In this document: positions 38,413-49,359 of the stretch, piece by piece | Layout: the number at the start of each line of letters is the position of its first letter | Position numbering within the stretch: the stretch's first letter is position 1 | Source of the DNA: Planctomycetota bacterium | GTDB taxonomy: Bacteria; Planctomycetota; PLA2; JAEUHO01 | Assembly: GCA_965223505.1 (NCBI GenBank) | Contig: CBDCWP010000040.1 | Location: forward strand, 174,336 to 238,335 | DNA length: 64,000 nt | Reading direction: 5' to 3' | Translations under genes and position numbers: made by a program | The notes under the pieces: generated by a model | Database searches by the model: none | What the model saw: the letters and a program-made list of their open reading frames with translations, nothing else | Told to the model about the DNA's origin: nothing

Positions 38413-41205
38413 TCATCGGTCGGCGCGGAAGCGAATGTCCCACCGGTCCACGAACGGACCGGGATCGAACGCCCCCACGCTCTCGGGTAGGAAGAATGTG
38501 AATCGGACCTGAAGGAACTCTCGCCCGCTCAGGTTGTGGATCCCGAACCCCGCATTGTCCTTCGGCAACGGCACGCTCGGTTGATCCAAGTGCCAGGTCG
38601 GCTGTGTCACGACACCGCTGTCGGTGAAGTGCCCGACGGTGAAGTAGTCCGTCGCGCTCCCGAGATCCGGCGTGCCGTCCGCGCGCATCTCGAAGGCGCG
38701 CGCTTCGACGAGGATCGCCGTCTGCCCGATGCCGGGACTGCCGAGCTTCGGAACGCCGGCGGCGAAGTCCGTCCGCCCCGCGTAGTCCTGGACAGGCGCT
38801 TCGTACAACGGATCGAGCCGGCCGACCCAGAACAGGTCCGTCAGCGCGCGCGGCGTCCTGCCGCCGCCCTTGAACCGGTTCGAGTCGAAGGGCCCGGTGA
38901 AGAGACCGTCCGCCGGCGCGCCGGGCGTCACGCTCGCCGCTGCCAATCCCGTGATGACGGAATCTCCGTCCTCCATCACGATACGCCCGTTCGCGCCCGC
39001 CCCGCCGTCGTTGGTCGGGTTCGTTTGGTTCCCCGCGCCGCCTTGGCCACCGGCCGCGGTGATGGTCGTCGTGTTGCCCAGGATGATGTCCTGTGGCGTC
39101 AGGAGCCGTACGGCGCCTCCCGCGCCGCCGCCGCCGCCGCCGGAGTGGGATCGGCCCAGCCAGCCGTTGCCGTCGCCGCCTCGGCCGCCCGCCGCGTCGA
39201 TCGTCCCCAGGATGCTGATCGACGTGGACGACGTGATGTCGATGAAGCCGCCCCCGGCGCCTCCGCCCCCACCCGTCGCCTGCCACGCGGTCGTCGTGCT
39301 CCAGGGACGTCCGTTCATGAAGCCGGCCGACCCGCCACCCGATCCCGCCTCCGGCGTCGGAAGCCGAACATCGCCGTAGGACGCGCCTCCGTCACTGCGA
39401 GGCTGCAGCTGCAACATGAACTGAGCGCCGCTCAGGCGACTGCCGGTCGCGCCCGCGGAACGATGCCCGCCGCCGCCGCCACCGGCCGAGCTTCCGTTCC
39501 AGGGATTGGGCGGATTGACCGACGTTCCCGCAGGTTGTCCCGCAAGCCCCGCACCGAGCCCGCCGAGGCCTTCGCCTTCGGGATCCATCAACGGATCGTG
39601 ATCCGGGCTACCGAAACCGGCATAGCCGTCCTCTCCGTACACGGCCGCCTGATTGGCGCGCACGCCATCACCACCGTCGCCCCCGCCCGCGACGCCCACG
39701 CCGCCACGGACCGCGATGTTGGTGTTGCCGCTGTTCTGGGCCGCACCGTTGGCGCCGTCGCCGTTGGGGCTTCCGCCGAGTCCGTCGCCGCGCACGCGCA
39801 AGACACCGCCGGGCTCGACGAGCACGTCGCCCTTGACGAGAAGAATGGCCGGGTTCACGCCGACGATCCGAACGGTGACGCCGGAACGAATGCGCAGAGA
39901 GTTGAACTCCCATACGACGGCGGTCGACTCGTCGGTGCCGTTCAGGCACACGTTCGGCGATGCGCCCGTGTCCAGCAGCACGTCCGTGGACGGATCGAAG
40001 ACGTCGTCCTTGCCGTCATTGGCCTGGCGATCGAAGGCGCACTCGGGATCCGACTGCGGCAGAGACGGCCGCAGCAGATCGAAGCCGTTGTCGCCGTCGC
40101 CCGCGAACGCCAGGAACGCCTGCACGGCGCCCGGCGCGCGCGCGGTGTTTACGTCGGCCGTCGTGCCCTCGTCGAGATAGGGCGTCTCGCCCTCGTTGTC
40201 GATGGTCCGCGCCACCGTCTGCTCGGTGAGGTTCTCGGTCGTGAACGAGAAGCCGAAGGGAGTCAGCGGATTGCCGCCGAAGTCTTCCATCCCGAACGTG
40301 AGCTCGACGACGAGCAACGCGTTCTCCGGGAACTGGCCCGCTTCGGGCGTGATCAGCAGCCGGGTGCTGCCGAAGTCCTGCTGCAGCGTGAACGTGGCGC
40401 GAACGCGCTGAGGGGGCAAGAGCGCGTTCGTACCGTCCGCCCCCCAGGAGAACAGCGACGGGTCCTGATCGGACGTTCGGCCCGCGAGGTCGAATCCGGA
40501 AAGCCCGCCGCCGAGCGACGGGGTGAACGTGTCCCTCGTGCCTTCTTCGTAGATGTGGAAGCGGACCGTGTCCTCGCTGATCGAGCAGGGATCCAGGTTC
40601 TCGCTCAGCCTGATGACGACCTGGTTTTCGGGTCCCACACGGACGGCCTCGCTACCGTTCAGTGGCGACACGGAGGCCACGAACGGCATCTCACCGGGCA
40701 CCTCGTCCAGGAAGCCCCCCTCCTCGACGCGTGTCGAGAAGCTGAAGGACTCCGTACGCGACAGCGGCTGCCCGCGTGTGTTGCGAATCGTGAATTGCTC
40801 CGGGAACCCGATGACCTGCACGCGGTAGGTCGTCGCGGGCTGAAGGCCGCCGTCGGAGAGATCGCAGTGCGTCGGCAACGCGGGCTCGAAGATCACTTGC
40901 TCGCCTTGCACGATGTAGCGCCCCGGGATGGAGCGTCCGAAGGAGGGCCCTTCTCGAATCTGTATCGACGCCGGCGTGATGGTCGACGCATCGAGAGGTT
41001 CGCTGAACACGAACACGAGACGTTCGTTCAACGCGACGGTATCGAGCGCGCCCTGGATGAAGCTCACGAGCATCAGCCCTTGTCCGTCGCCTTCCGGACC
41101 GGGCCCTCCGGTTCCACCGCCGCAGCTCCCTGCAATGACGGTGACCAGGAGTGCTCCGAAGAAGTAGCCGGCGTTTCGCCGTCCGGCGGTCTTGAAGTTC
41201 GCCAT
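38413..41205 (-). CDS. Surface lipoprotein with Ig-like (Big_5-type) domains and glycine-rich region
   Basis: Lipobox IAGS-C, FSEPLD / LSENLD Ig motifs, GGGGG repeats; RBS AGAGGAG. Confidence 0.8.
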   Translation of the reverse strand: MANFKTAGRRNAGYFFGALLVTVIAGSCGGGTGGPGPEGDGQGLMLVSFIQGALDTVALNERLVFVFSEPLDASTITPASIQIREGPSFGRSIPGRYIVQGEQVIFEPALPTHCDLSDGGLQPATTYRVQVIGFPEQFTIRNTRGQPLSRTESFSFSTRVEEGGFLDEVPGEMPFVASVSPLNGSEAVRVGPENQVVIRLSENLDPCSISEDTVRFHIYEEGTRDTFTPSLGGGLSGFDLAGRTSDQDPSLFSWGADGTNALLPPQRVRATFTLQQDFGSTRLLITPEAGQFPENALLVVELTFGMEDFGGNPLTPFGFSFTTENLTEQTVARTIDNEGETPYLDEGTTADVNTARAPGAVQAFLAFAGDGDNGFDLLRPSLPQSDPECAFDRQANDGKDDVFDPSTDVLLDTGASPNVCLNGTDESTAVVWEFNSLRIRSGVTVRIVGVNPAILLVKGDVLVEPGGVLRVRGDGLGGSPNGDGANGAAQNSGNTNIAVRGGVGVAGGGDGGDGVRANQAAVYGEDGYAGFGSPDHDPLMDPEGEGLGGLGAGLAGQPAGTSVNPPNPWNGSSAGGGGGGHRSAGATGSRLSGAQFMLQLQPRSDGGASYGDVRLPTPEAGSGGGSAGFMNGRPWSTTTAWQATGGGGGAGGGFIDITSSTSISILGTIDAAGGRGGDGNGWLGRSHSGGGGGGAGGAVRLLTPQDIILGNTTTITAAGGQGGAGNQTNPTNDGGAGANGRIVMEDGDSVITGLAAASVTPGAPADGLFTGPFDSNRFKGGGRTPRALTDLFWVGRLDPLYEAPVQDYAGRTDFAAGVPKLGSPGIGQTAILVEARAFEMRADGTPDLGSATDYFTVGHFTDSGVVTQPTWHLDQPSVPLPKDNAGFGIHNLSGREFLQVRFTFFLPESVGAFDPGPFVDRWDIRFRADR

Positions 41206-41475
41206 GATGCGGCTCCTCTTGGACCCGCCTCATCCGCAGCCGCGCCGTACACGCATTAGACGCGCACACCGGCAACCAGGTTTCAAAACGCACGAGGTAA
41301 CCAGGACCTTTGCCGCGCGACCCGGGGCCTGAGTCTTGCATATGCAATAGCAAGAGCACGAACGTCAGATGGAGTTACACTGAATCGCGGCGGCTGAACG
41401 GGGACGGCTACCGTTGCACGCACGAGTGAGGACCATCTTCACGGTCCTCGCTCGTCGAGCGCACTTCGGCGCGGT

Positions 41476-43305
41476 TCAGTTCACGGTATAGGTGCCTGCG
41501 TCGGCGACCTCCTCCTCGTCGCTGCCCGGATCGCGAATCACCTTTACGTGGTAGGTTCCGACCGGAAGTCCTTCCAGCCCACCCGGCGGCAGACACAAGA
41601 TGCGGCGATCGTCGTGAAAGATGACGATCCCGTTTTGCGGACCGGTCGCGTCTCCGTCGTCGAGGTCCCACGTCACCGCGAGATCGTCGAACTCGAGCAG
41701 GGTCCCCGCCGGCAAGCCGATGTTCGGCAGATCAGCGAAGAAGCCGACGCCGAACCCACGACCCTCGATCATGACGGGCTCGACGGGCTCGCCCGCCTCG
41801 TGAACCGTCGGCTTCATGCTGGTGACCTCCGGCGGAACGTCCTTCACCGTGAACGCGACGGCGTTGGAGGTCTTGTCACCGACCTTGACCGTGACGTCGT
41901 AGAGCCCGTCCGCGAGCTCGAACGGAACGAGGACCTGGATCGCCTCGCCGTCGACTTCCGGCCTGCAGTCCCAGCAGAACAGGTTCGTGTAGGCCTCGAC
42001 GGAAGGACCGCCCGCTGACGGCGTGAAACAGACGACGCCGCCGAGCAGGCCCTCGCCCTTCAGAGCGAGCAGGCTTCCGGCGGGACCCTCGGTCGGATCC
42101 AGCGCGGCGATCGTCGGGTCGGGCGGCGTGCCCACCTCGTACGCAACCGCGTTCGTGCGGGAGATCGTGCCCCAGTCGTACAGCTCGACGGTGACGTCGT
42201 ACGACGTGCCCGGCGTGGCCTGGTTCGGAACGAACGTCTCGACCAGGTCGAATCCGTTTGCCATGCCGTGACCGAAGAGGGTCTTGCCGTCGGCATCCGT
42301 CCACTCGACGGACACGATCCCTTGGGGCCCCAGACCCGCGCCTTCGATCGTCACGCGCCGGCCCGGCGGCTGGAGGGCAGGGGTGATCGTCTCGATCTTC
42401 GCGTCCGACGCCTCGACGACCTCGATGCTGCGAGCGCACGGACCCGTGTCGAGCTCGAGCTCGTTGGTGACACGCAGCTCGTACGAGCCCGTCGCGAGAT
42501 CTTCGGGAATCTCGAAGAACGCGCAGTGCTTCCCGCCGTCGAGGGTCGCTTCCGCCACGACGGTTTCGTCTTCGGCGAGGAACGCCACGACGCCCGGATG
42601 CAGGCGTCGGCCGATGAGGAACACCACGGATCCGGCGGTCGCTCGCGACGCGCTCATGTAGTGAATCACGGGCGCCCCTTCACTCAGCACGTGAAGCGTC
42701 CGTTCGTGGCCGTCCACGTCGATCACGGCTTCCCCGGCCGGCAGGCCTTCGGGGACTCGCAGCACGAGGATGTCTTCGTGCCGGAACACGATCTCGGCGG
42801 CCACGCCGCCGATGGTGGCGACGGGATCCGCCGACAAGGACGGAACGTGGATCAGAACGGGATCCCCGGGCGCCGCACAGCCGGGATGAACGTCGGCCTC
42901 CTCGTCACCGAGCACGCCGCTGAAGACCCGAATCTTGTTGCCGCGGAGTCCCGCGATCTCGAGCTCGGCCGGCCCGGTGGTCCACTGATCGCCGTTTGCG
43001 TATTCGGTCAGCACGCGCGAGAGCTCGGGTACGAGGCTCTGCCCCACGAGCTCGGGCGCCGCGCGTGCCGCGCCGCCGAAGCCGCCAAGGACGGCCTCCA
43101 TGATCGGAGACGCGACGCGGGCCGTGTCCACGGTGATGTAGTCGACGTTCTGGTCGCCGTCGTGATCGTAGCGAACGACGACGGGCTGAACCGCCTGCGG
43201 CGACGCGACCGGTGTTGGCGGTGTACCGGAGCGCCCTCCGCCGCAGGCGGCCAGGAAAATGCTGGATGCGACCAGCAGCAGGACAGTGGGGATTCGGGTG
43301 CGCAT
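41476..43305 (-). CDS. Lipoprotein with multiple IPT/TIG domains
   Basis: Lipobox FLAA-C; repeats P.I..L.P..G..G..V.I.G.GL. Confidence 0.78.
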   Translation of the reverse strand: MRTRIPTVLLLVASSIFLAACGGGRSGTPPTPVASPQAVQPVVVRYDHDGDQNVDYITVDTARVASPIMEAVLGGFGGAARAAPELVGQSLVPELSRVLTEYANGDQWTTGPAELEIAGLRGNKIRVFSGVLGDEEADVHPGCAAPGDPVLIHVPSLSADPVATIGGVAAEIVFRHEDILVLRVPEGLPAGEAVIDVDGHERTLHVLSEGAPVIHYMSASRATAGSVVFLIGRRLHPGVVAFLAEDETVVAEATLDGGKHCAFFEIPEDLATGSYELRVTNELELDTGPCARSIEVVEASDAKIETITPALQPPGRRVTIEGAGLGPQGIVSVEWTDADGKTLFGHGMANGFDLVETFVPNQATPGTSYDVTVELYDWGTISRTNAVAYEVGTPPDPTIAALDPTEGPAGSLLALKGEGLLGGVVCFTPSAGGPSVEAYTNLFCWDCRPEVDGEAIQVLVPFELADGLYDVTVKVGDKTSNAVAFTVKDVPPEVTSMKPTVHEAGEPVEPVMIEGRGFGVGFFADLPNIGLPAGTLLEFDDLAVTWDLDDGDATGPQNGIVIFHDDRRILCLPPGGLEGLPVGTYHVKVIRDPGSDEEEVADAGTYTVN

Positions 43306-43567
43306 GACGTCTCTCTCTTCTTCGAAAGGTCGTTGCCCACCACTACTCACTGCCCGCCGGGAGCGCGGGCGTCCCACGTGTCCGGGACCGCGCTCATCCG
43401 CCATCGAAGGGCGGGACTCTCCATGGGGGGCTTCCCGCGGGTTCGGTCTGCGTCTCAGCATTTCCCTCGAAATGGCAATCCGTCCCGCGCCGAGACTCGT
43501 TGGTCCCACGATCCGCCCGGTCGGCTAGACTCGAAGGGGGCTACGAGGCACGAGAGCGTCGATGCGC

Positions 43568-45667
43568 ATGTCTGCCTCACGAATTGACGACTACCTCGAG
43601 CACACGGAAGCGCTCGAGCGATTGGCCCTGGTACTCGTGCGCGATGCGACCGAGGCCCAGGAGCTCGTCCAAGAGACGTGGTTGGTCGCGCTCATGCATC
43701 CGAACGGGCCGCAGGGCAGCTCCCGGCGGTGGTTGGGCGGCGTGCTTCGCAATCTCGTGCTTCGATCGAGGCGAACGCGTACACGCCGGCTGCGACGTGA
43801 GCGCCGCGCCGCGCGCGCGGAGTCCGTGCCGCCCGGGCAGCGCTACGTAGACGAAGCGGATCTTCACCGCTATCTCGCAACGTGCATCCGCAAGCTCCCG
43901 GCGGACTACCGCCACTTCCTGGAACTTCGGTACTTCAAGGGACTCGCGCCGAAGGAGATCGGCATGCGTCTCGGCGTACCCGCGTCCACCGTACGAACGC
44001 GGGTGCAAAGAGGACTCGAACGCCTGCGCGTCGCGCTCGGAGAGCGGCCGCGCACCAACCTGATCTCGCTGATGCCGTTGCTTCTTGCGATGAAGCCGAA
44101 GCGTGCCTCCACCGCGAGCGCCAACCACGGATACGGTCTCGGCGCGGCGGCCGCGGTTCTGCTCGGTGTCGTGCTCGTGTGCGGGAACGCCGTTCGAAAC
44201 GCCTTGGAAGACACGACCGACTCGGTGAGTGTGGGGTCCGTCGATGCCGTCGATCGCTTGCACGGTGCGGCGCCGCTCGCCGATGCAGCGGCAGCGGCCG
44301 CCGAGGCGACGACCTCGTCCGCTCGCACGGTGTCCACGGCGGATTGGTTCGAAGACGCGCCGGACGGCGCAACGAGCCGGCAACGCCCAGGTGCGCCGGC
44401 GGTGCGAGAGACGGCACCGCGACGGGTCGCCGGACTCGTGGTGAACGAGGACGGCGTCGCAATCCGAGGCGCGACCGTCGCGCTGTTCGGGTGCGGCGAC
44501 GACGGTCCGGCCAAACGACCGCTTGCGATCACGCGCAGCGGGCCGGACGGCCGCTACGAGCTGACGTTCAAGGCCGGCTCGACGATCCTCGTCGTCGCGA
44601 TCCCTGGATACGTCCCGACGGCCAGGCCTCTGACCGCCGGCTCGACCGTGGAACGGCAAATGCTCGTTCGTGGACGTCGGCTCGAGCTATCGCGCGCGTA
44701 CCGCCGAGCGGCCGTTCGGCTCGAAGCGAAGGGACTCGTTCTCGAGCTCGATCGGGAGGAAGCGCAGCTCGCGTGGATCGACGGACGCCCGGCATGGACG
44801 ACTTCGACGCTGGAGCGGGATGCGAGCGGCGCACTCTACGTATCGGGATTGGAGGCGCGCCGGTACGCGGTCGCCGCTGAGCACGAGCACGCGCCTGCGG
44901 TGTTTTGGACGGTCGACCTCGGTGTCGAGACCGTTCCGGCGGTCGCGCAAGAGCCGGTCGCGACGCCGGACCGCGGCGAGGTCGTCGCCGAGCGTTCCGA
45001 GGTGAAGCGCGGCGATGATCGAGCACGTGATGACTGGCGCCGGCCGGCCACACGACGTAGCGAGCCGACGGCGCGCGAAGAACGAACGCGTCGCGACAAG
45101 ACACCGCGGCGCCGCGGGCGGAAGCGAGCACCGACGGCGAGTGGCGCCCGACGTGACGACTCCGCCCGAGGGACCCGTGGCGGCAAGGCAGGCGCACCGG
45201 ATCGACGTGGGCCGTCGTTCGTTGTGTCGAAGCCCACGCACGGCGGAACGGCGTCGCTGGCGCCTTCGCCGCAGCAGCACGAACCGAACCTGTCCACACC
45301 AGCGCCCGTCCACGACGTGGACGATTCGTTCGGGACGGTCATCACCAAGGGCCCCGCGGCGGTCGTTCCCGTGGCGACGCCTTCTCCGGCGGCTTTCGAG
45401 ACGCCGGGGCCGGCGGAGGGCTGGCCGGCGGATCCCGGCGTCCTCGAGCCGACGGAGATGAGTGTCGCGCCGATGGTGATGGAGGTTCAGCCGCTGTCCG
45501 CGGATGCGTACATTCACAAGCCGATCGGCCTCGCGTTGACGGAGAGCGCGCTGCTCTCGCTACCGCCCGGCACGTACCTGGTTCGCGTCTTCACGGCCGA
45601 GCTTCCGCCGCAGGAATACATCGTCGACGTCGGTGTGGAGCACGGCCTGCTGATTCACACCCGCTGA
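43568..45667 (+). CDS. ECF sigma factor with long C-terminal extension (TM plus carboxypeptidase-regulatory-like domain)
   Basis: AQELVQETW, WLGGVLRN, LP..YR..LELRY..GL...EIG..LGVP.STVRTR; VAGLVVNEDG.AI.GATV. Confidence 0.82.
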   Translation: MSASRIDDYLEHTEALERLALVLVRDATEAQELVQETWLVALMHPNGPQGSSRRWLGGVLRNLVLRSRRTRTRRLRRERRAARAESVPPGQRYVDEADLHRYLATCIRKLPADYRHFLELRYFKGLAPKEIGMRLGVPASTVRTRVQRGLERLRVALGERPRTNLISLMPLLLAMKPKRASTASANHGYGLGAAAAVLLGVVLVCGNAVRNALEDTTDSVSVGSVDAVDRLHGAAPLADAAAAAAEATTSSARTVSTADWFEDAPDGATSRQRPGAPAVRETAPRRVAGLVVNEDGVAIRGATVALFGCGDDGPAKRPLAITRSGPDGRYELTFKAGSTILVVAIPGYVPTARPLTAGSTVERQMLVRGRRLELSRAYRRAAVRLEAKGLVLELDREEAQLAWIDGRPAWTTSTLERDASGALYVSGLEARRYAVAAEHEHAPAVFWTVDLGVETVPAVAQEPVATPDRGEVVAERSEVKRGDDRARDDWRRPATRRSEPTAREERTRRDKTPRRRGRKRAPTASGARRDDSARGTRGGKAGAPDRRGPSFVVSKPTHGGTASLAPSPQQHEPNLSTPAPVHDVDDSFGTVITKGPAAVVPVATPSPAAFETPGPAEGWPADPGVLEPTEMSVAPMVMEVQPLSADAYIHKPIGLALTESALLSLPPGTYLVRVFTAELPPQEYIVDVGVEHGLLIHTR

Positions 45668-45687
45668 CGGACGAACGGGTGGAGAGA

Positions 45688-45777
45688 TGGCGGAGAGACA
45701 GGGATTCGAACCCTGGGTACGGTTGCCCGTACACCGGTTTTCGAAACCGGCCCGTTCGACCACTCCGGCATCTCTCC
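45688..45777 (-). tRNA. tRNA-Ser(CGA)
   Basis: Canonical cloverleaf GGAGAGA..., CCGGT-ttCGAaa-ACCGG, long variable arm, GCCA. Confidence 0.95.
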
Positions 45778-45822
45778 GCGCTTTGAGTGGGGAGGGAACG
45801 GTAGGCCCGCCCCCTTGGACCG

Positions 45823-46302
45823 TCAAGCAGTGCCACGCCCCCTGCGCGCCGCGCGGAAGAACGCCTTCAGAATCCCGCCGCACTCCTCGGATAGCACCCC
45901 CGAGACGACCTCCGGACGGTGATTCAACCGCGCATCCGCCAACACGTTCGCGAGACTGCCCGCCGCGCCGGCCTTCGGGTCCAGCGCGCCGAAGACGACC
46001 GTGCTCAAGCGCGCGTTCACGATCGCGCCCGCGCACATGAAGCAAGGCTCCAGCGTCACGTACAGCGTGCAGCCGATCAGACGCCAGTCCTTCAGCAGCG
46101 TCGCCGCGTGCTTGATGGCGAGCATCTCGGCGTGCCCCGTGGGGTCCTTCTCGATCTCGCGCGTGTTGTGCGCCCGCGCGATCACCTGGCCGTTGCGCAC
46201 GATCACCGCCCCCACCGGCACCTCGCCGATGTCGGCTGCTTGGCGCGCTTCTTCCAGCGCCTCGCGCATGTAGCGCTCGTGACCGTTCAAGGAAGGGGTC
46301 AT
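45823..46302 (-). CDS. tadA: tRNA adenosine(34) deaminase
   Basis: GEVPVGAV, HAE, TLEPCFMC, DPKAGA. Confidence 0.94.
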   Translation of the reverse strand: MTPSLNGHERYMREALEEARQAADIGEVPVGAVIVRNGQVIARAHNTREIEKDPTGHAEMLAIKHAATLLKDWRLIGCTLYVTLEPCFMCAGAIVNARLSTVVFGALDPKAGAAGSLANVLADARLNHRPEVVSGVLSEECGGILKAFFRAARRGRGTA

Positions 46303-46307
46303 GCCGG

Positions 46308-46814
46308 CTATTTCGCGCGCTCTTTCGCACGCTCCAGATGGCGATCGCGCCGATCGCACTGCTGCTTCTCACGCCACGTGTCGCACTTCACGAACAACGT
46401 CAGCGAGTGATCCTTCATCGTGAAGCCGTGATCGCGCACGACCTCCTCCTGGAGCCGCTCGATCTCGTCGTTCGTGAACTCCACGACCGCCTTGCAGTCG
46501 ACACAAATCATGTGGTCGTGGTGCTCGCGATCCAGCGCCCTCTCGTAGCGACGCTGGCCGTCGGCGAAGTCGTGCCCGTCGAGCATCTCCGCTTCTTCGA
46601 GCAGCGCGAGCCCACGGTACACCGTCGCCATCGAAACCGACTCGCCTTCGCTGTTGAGGCGCCGGTACAGGTCCTCCGCGGAGAAGTGCCCGCGTTGATC
46701 GAGCGCGGTGCGGATCATGGTCCGCCGCTGCTCGGTCATCTTGAGACGCTTCTCGCGCAGGAAGTCCTCGAAGGACTTCAGGGCATCTTCGACGGCGGCC
46801 GCGCTCAAGCTCAC
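46308..46814 (-). CDS. fur: Fur family transcriptional regulator
   Basis: T.QR, HFSAE, ATVYR, HHDHMICVDC..VVEF. Confidence 0.9.
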   Translation of the reverse strand: MSLSAAAVEDALKSFEDFLREKRLKMTEQRRTMIRTALDQRGHFSAEDLYRRLNSEGESVSMATVYRGLALLEEAEMLDGHDFADGQRRYERALDREHHDHMICVDCKAVVEFTNDEIERLQEEVVRDHGFTMKDHSLTLFVKCDTWREKQQCDRRDRHLERAKERAK

Positions 46815-46869
46815 ACCGAGATGATACCCGGCGAACGCCCGACCTGGCGACGGATCGAGGCGAGCGCCC

Positions 46870-47565
46870 CTACTTCATCGACGAGATCTTGTCGAGCACG
46901 CCCGGAATGCACTTGTGGATCGACTTCGGCGCCTTGATGACCATGTACTGGTCCGTCGCCGTGATGCTCCACTCGTCGTTCTCGTCCCAGCCGGGTATCA
47001 GCTCCTTGACGAGTTCCGCGACGGCGTCGCCGTTGTTGAGCGGGTCGTCCTCGACCTCGACCTCGGGCGTGTATTCCTCGCCGACGTCGTCCGGATGCGT
47101 CAGGTTCATCTCCGGCGCGATGAAGTCGATCTTCGTCCACGTGATGTGAGAGATGCCGTAGAGGCGCGTGATGGGCTTGCCGTACGAGTCCTTCTTGGTC
47201 GTGAGGTACACGACGTTGCCCTTCACGACCGCGGCCAGCTCGTGCGGCTCGAGGATCAGCTTGAGGAACGTGGCGACGGTGACGTCCTTGAGCGTCGCCG
47301 TGACGACGATGTCCTCCAGGTCGATGCCCGCCTTCTCGAGCGCGGCTTTCTTGATGTGGAAGTTCTCGCCGGTCGCCGTGCGCAGCCACACGACCACCTT
47401 TTCGAGCGCCTCCTCCTCGAACTTCACGTTCGACAGGCGCTGCTTCTTGAGCTTCGCAATCAGCCCGGCGGTCTTCTTGGCGGTCGACGGCCCGGCATCC
47501 GCGGGGCCGGCCGCGAACGGCACGATCAGGGTGACAACGAGCAGGGCAGCGAGAGCGAGACGCAT
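46870..47565 (-). CDS. Secreted hypothetical protein (secretin N-terminal/STN-like)
   Basis: Signal peptide; V.FEE..LE.VV.WL...TG.NF pattern. Confidence 0.6.
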   Translation of the reverse strand: MRLALAALLVVTLIVPFAAGPADAGPSTAKKTAGLIAKLKKQRLSNVKFEEEALEKVVVWLRTATGENFHIKKAALEKAGIDLEDIVVTATLKDVTVATFLKLILEPHELAAVVKGNVVYLTTKKDSYGKPITRLYGISHITWTKIDFIAPEMNLTHPDDVGEEYTPEVEVEDDPLNNGDAVAELVKELIPGWDENDEWSITATDQYMVIKAPKSIHKCIPGVLDKISSMK

Positions 47566-47675
47566 GGCATCCTCCGGCGATCGACTGCGGGACCACCGAT
47601 AGTAACGACGGCCCGCAGCGGGTTGCCGCGCCGGATTCGGGATTCGTGCCTGATTCCTGCCCCCGGGAGCCTGTT

Positions 47676-48956
47676 CTAGGCCTTCACGCCCCTGGCGCCG
47701 ATGTCGCGGCGGTGGAAAGCCCCTTCGAAGTCGATCTTGTCGACCGCCGCGTACGCGCGGTCGCGCGCGCCGTCGAAGCTGTCGCCCAGGGCCGTCACGC
47801 ACAGCACGCGCCCGCCCGCCGTGGTCACGACGCCGTCCTTCTCGCGCGTCCCGGCGTGATAGACGATCACGTCGTCCATCGCGTCGGCGGCGTCCAGACC
47901 GCGGATCTCCTTGCCCGCCTGGTACCCGCCCGGGTAGCCGGCCGACGCCACGACCACCCCCACCGCGGAGCGCTCGTCGATCTCTACGTCGGCGACGTCC
48001 CTGAGCTTGCCGTCCGCGGCCGCCATCAGCAGCGCCCCCAGATCGCTCTTGATGCGCGGGAGCACGACCTGCGTCTCCGGATCGCCGAAGCGCGCGTTGT
48101 ACTCGAGCACCCGAGGGCCTCCGCGCGTGATCATCAGCCCGGCGAAGAGCGTTCCCCGGTACTCGACGCCCTCGCGCTTCAGGCCGTGAAGCGTCGGGAC
48201 GAGGATCGTCTTGATGATCTTGTCGAGCATCGCACCTTCGGCGACGGGCGCCGGGCTGTAGGCACCCATGCCGCCGGTGTTGGGCCCCGTGTCGCCTTCG
48301 CCGACACGCTTGTGGTCCTGTGCGGTCGGCAATACGACCAACGTCTCGCCGTCGGTGATCGCGTGCACCGAGGCCTCTTCGCCGCGCAAGAAGTCCTCGA
48401 TCACGACCTTGTCGCCGGCATCACCGAACCGCTTGTTGACCATCGCGTCTTCGAGGGCCGCGACGGCATCCTCGACGCTCTCGCAGATCGTCACGCCCTT
48501 GCCGGCTGCCAGGCCGTCGGCCTTCACGACGATCGGGAGATGGTCCCTCTGCTCGACATGCTCCTTCGCTTCGGCGAAGTCCGTGAACACGTGCGCGCCC
48601 GCGCACGGAACGTTGTTGCGGCTCATCAGATCGTGAAAGAAGGACTTGCTGCCTTCGAGCTGCGCAGCCTCCTTCGTCGGTCCGTAGATCTTCAGCCCTT
48701 GCTCGTTGAAGTAGTCCACGATGCCCGCGACGAGCGGCACCTCGGGACCGACCACCGTCAGGTCGATGGCTTCGTCCTTCGCGAAGCGGGCCAACCCCTC
48801 GAAGTCGCTCACGAGGAGGTGCGGAACGCAATGCGCGTCGGCGGCGATCCCTCCGTTTCCGGGCGCGCAATAGACGCGTTCGACGCTCTTGCTTCGAGCC
48901 AGGGCAACACAAAGCGCGTGCTCGCGGCCACCGCCGCCGACAACCAGGACCTTCAC
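47676..48956 (-). CDS. purD: Phosphoribosylamine--glycine ligase
   Basis: GGGGREHA, VGPE.PL, LEGSK, KADGLAAGKGV, QDHKR, NTGGMGAY, EYNARFGDPE; GTG start after AAGGAG. Confidence 0.97.
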   Translation of the reverse strand: MKVLVVGGGGREHALCVALARSKSVERVYCAPGNGGIAADAHCVPHLLVSDFEGLARFAKDEAIDLTVVGPEVPLVAGIVDYFNEQGLKIYGPTKEAAQLEGSKSFFHDLMSRNNVPCAGAHVFTDFAEAKEHVEQRDHLPIVVKADGLAAGKGVTICESVEDAVAALEDAMVNKRFGDAGDKVVIEDFLRGEEASVHAITDGETLVVLPTAQDHKRVGEGDTGPNTGGMGAYSPAPVAEGAMLDKIIKTILVPTLHGLKREGVEYRGTLFAGLMITRGGPRVLEYNARFGDPETQVVLPRIKSDLGALLMAAADGKLRDVADVEIDERSAVGVVVASAGYPGGYQAGKEIRGLDAADAMDDVIVYHAGTREKDGVVTTAGGRVLCVTALGDSFDGARDRAYAAVDKIDFEGAFHRRDIGARGVKA

Positions 48957-49359
48957 GTCGGATCTCCTTTGATTCGGTGCTGCTCTACCACACTGCCGCC
49001 GTCGCACGCACGCGCAAACAAGGGGCTGACAGGTTCCGGCCGAGCCGCGCCGGTCGCGGCTCTCGCGACGCGCCTCGAACCGCCCCGAATCAGGCCCTTC
49101 AACGGCCCTGTGATGAAACGGTGACACTCCGAACCGCTTTCCCAGGTGCCCCTGGAGAGGCCGTCTAGGGCTCCTAGAGCCCCAATTCAGGGCCCAGGGC
49201 GGGATTCGAGAGGTTGTGGACGGGGACCTGGGGATTCGTCCGGGCTGCCTTGGCCCGAATGAGTGCTCAGGTTAGTCTCCCGAAGGCCGACGAATTTCGA
49301 CGGCAAACAGTTTCGACCCGGCGCCGCGGGTGCGGGTCCATAGGGAGGATATCGATCTC

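Noticed and set aside
41336..41347. Palindrome TTGCATATGCAA upstream of the surface lipoprotein gene
   Set aside because: Plausible operator, but a single occurrence with no assignable regulator.
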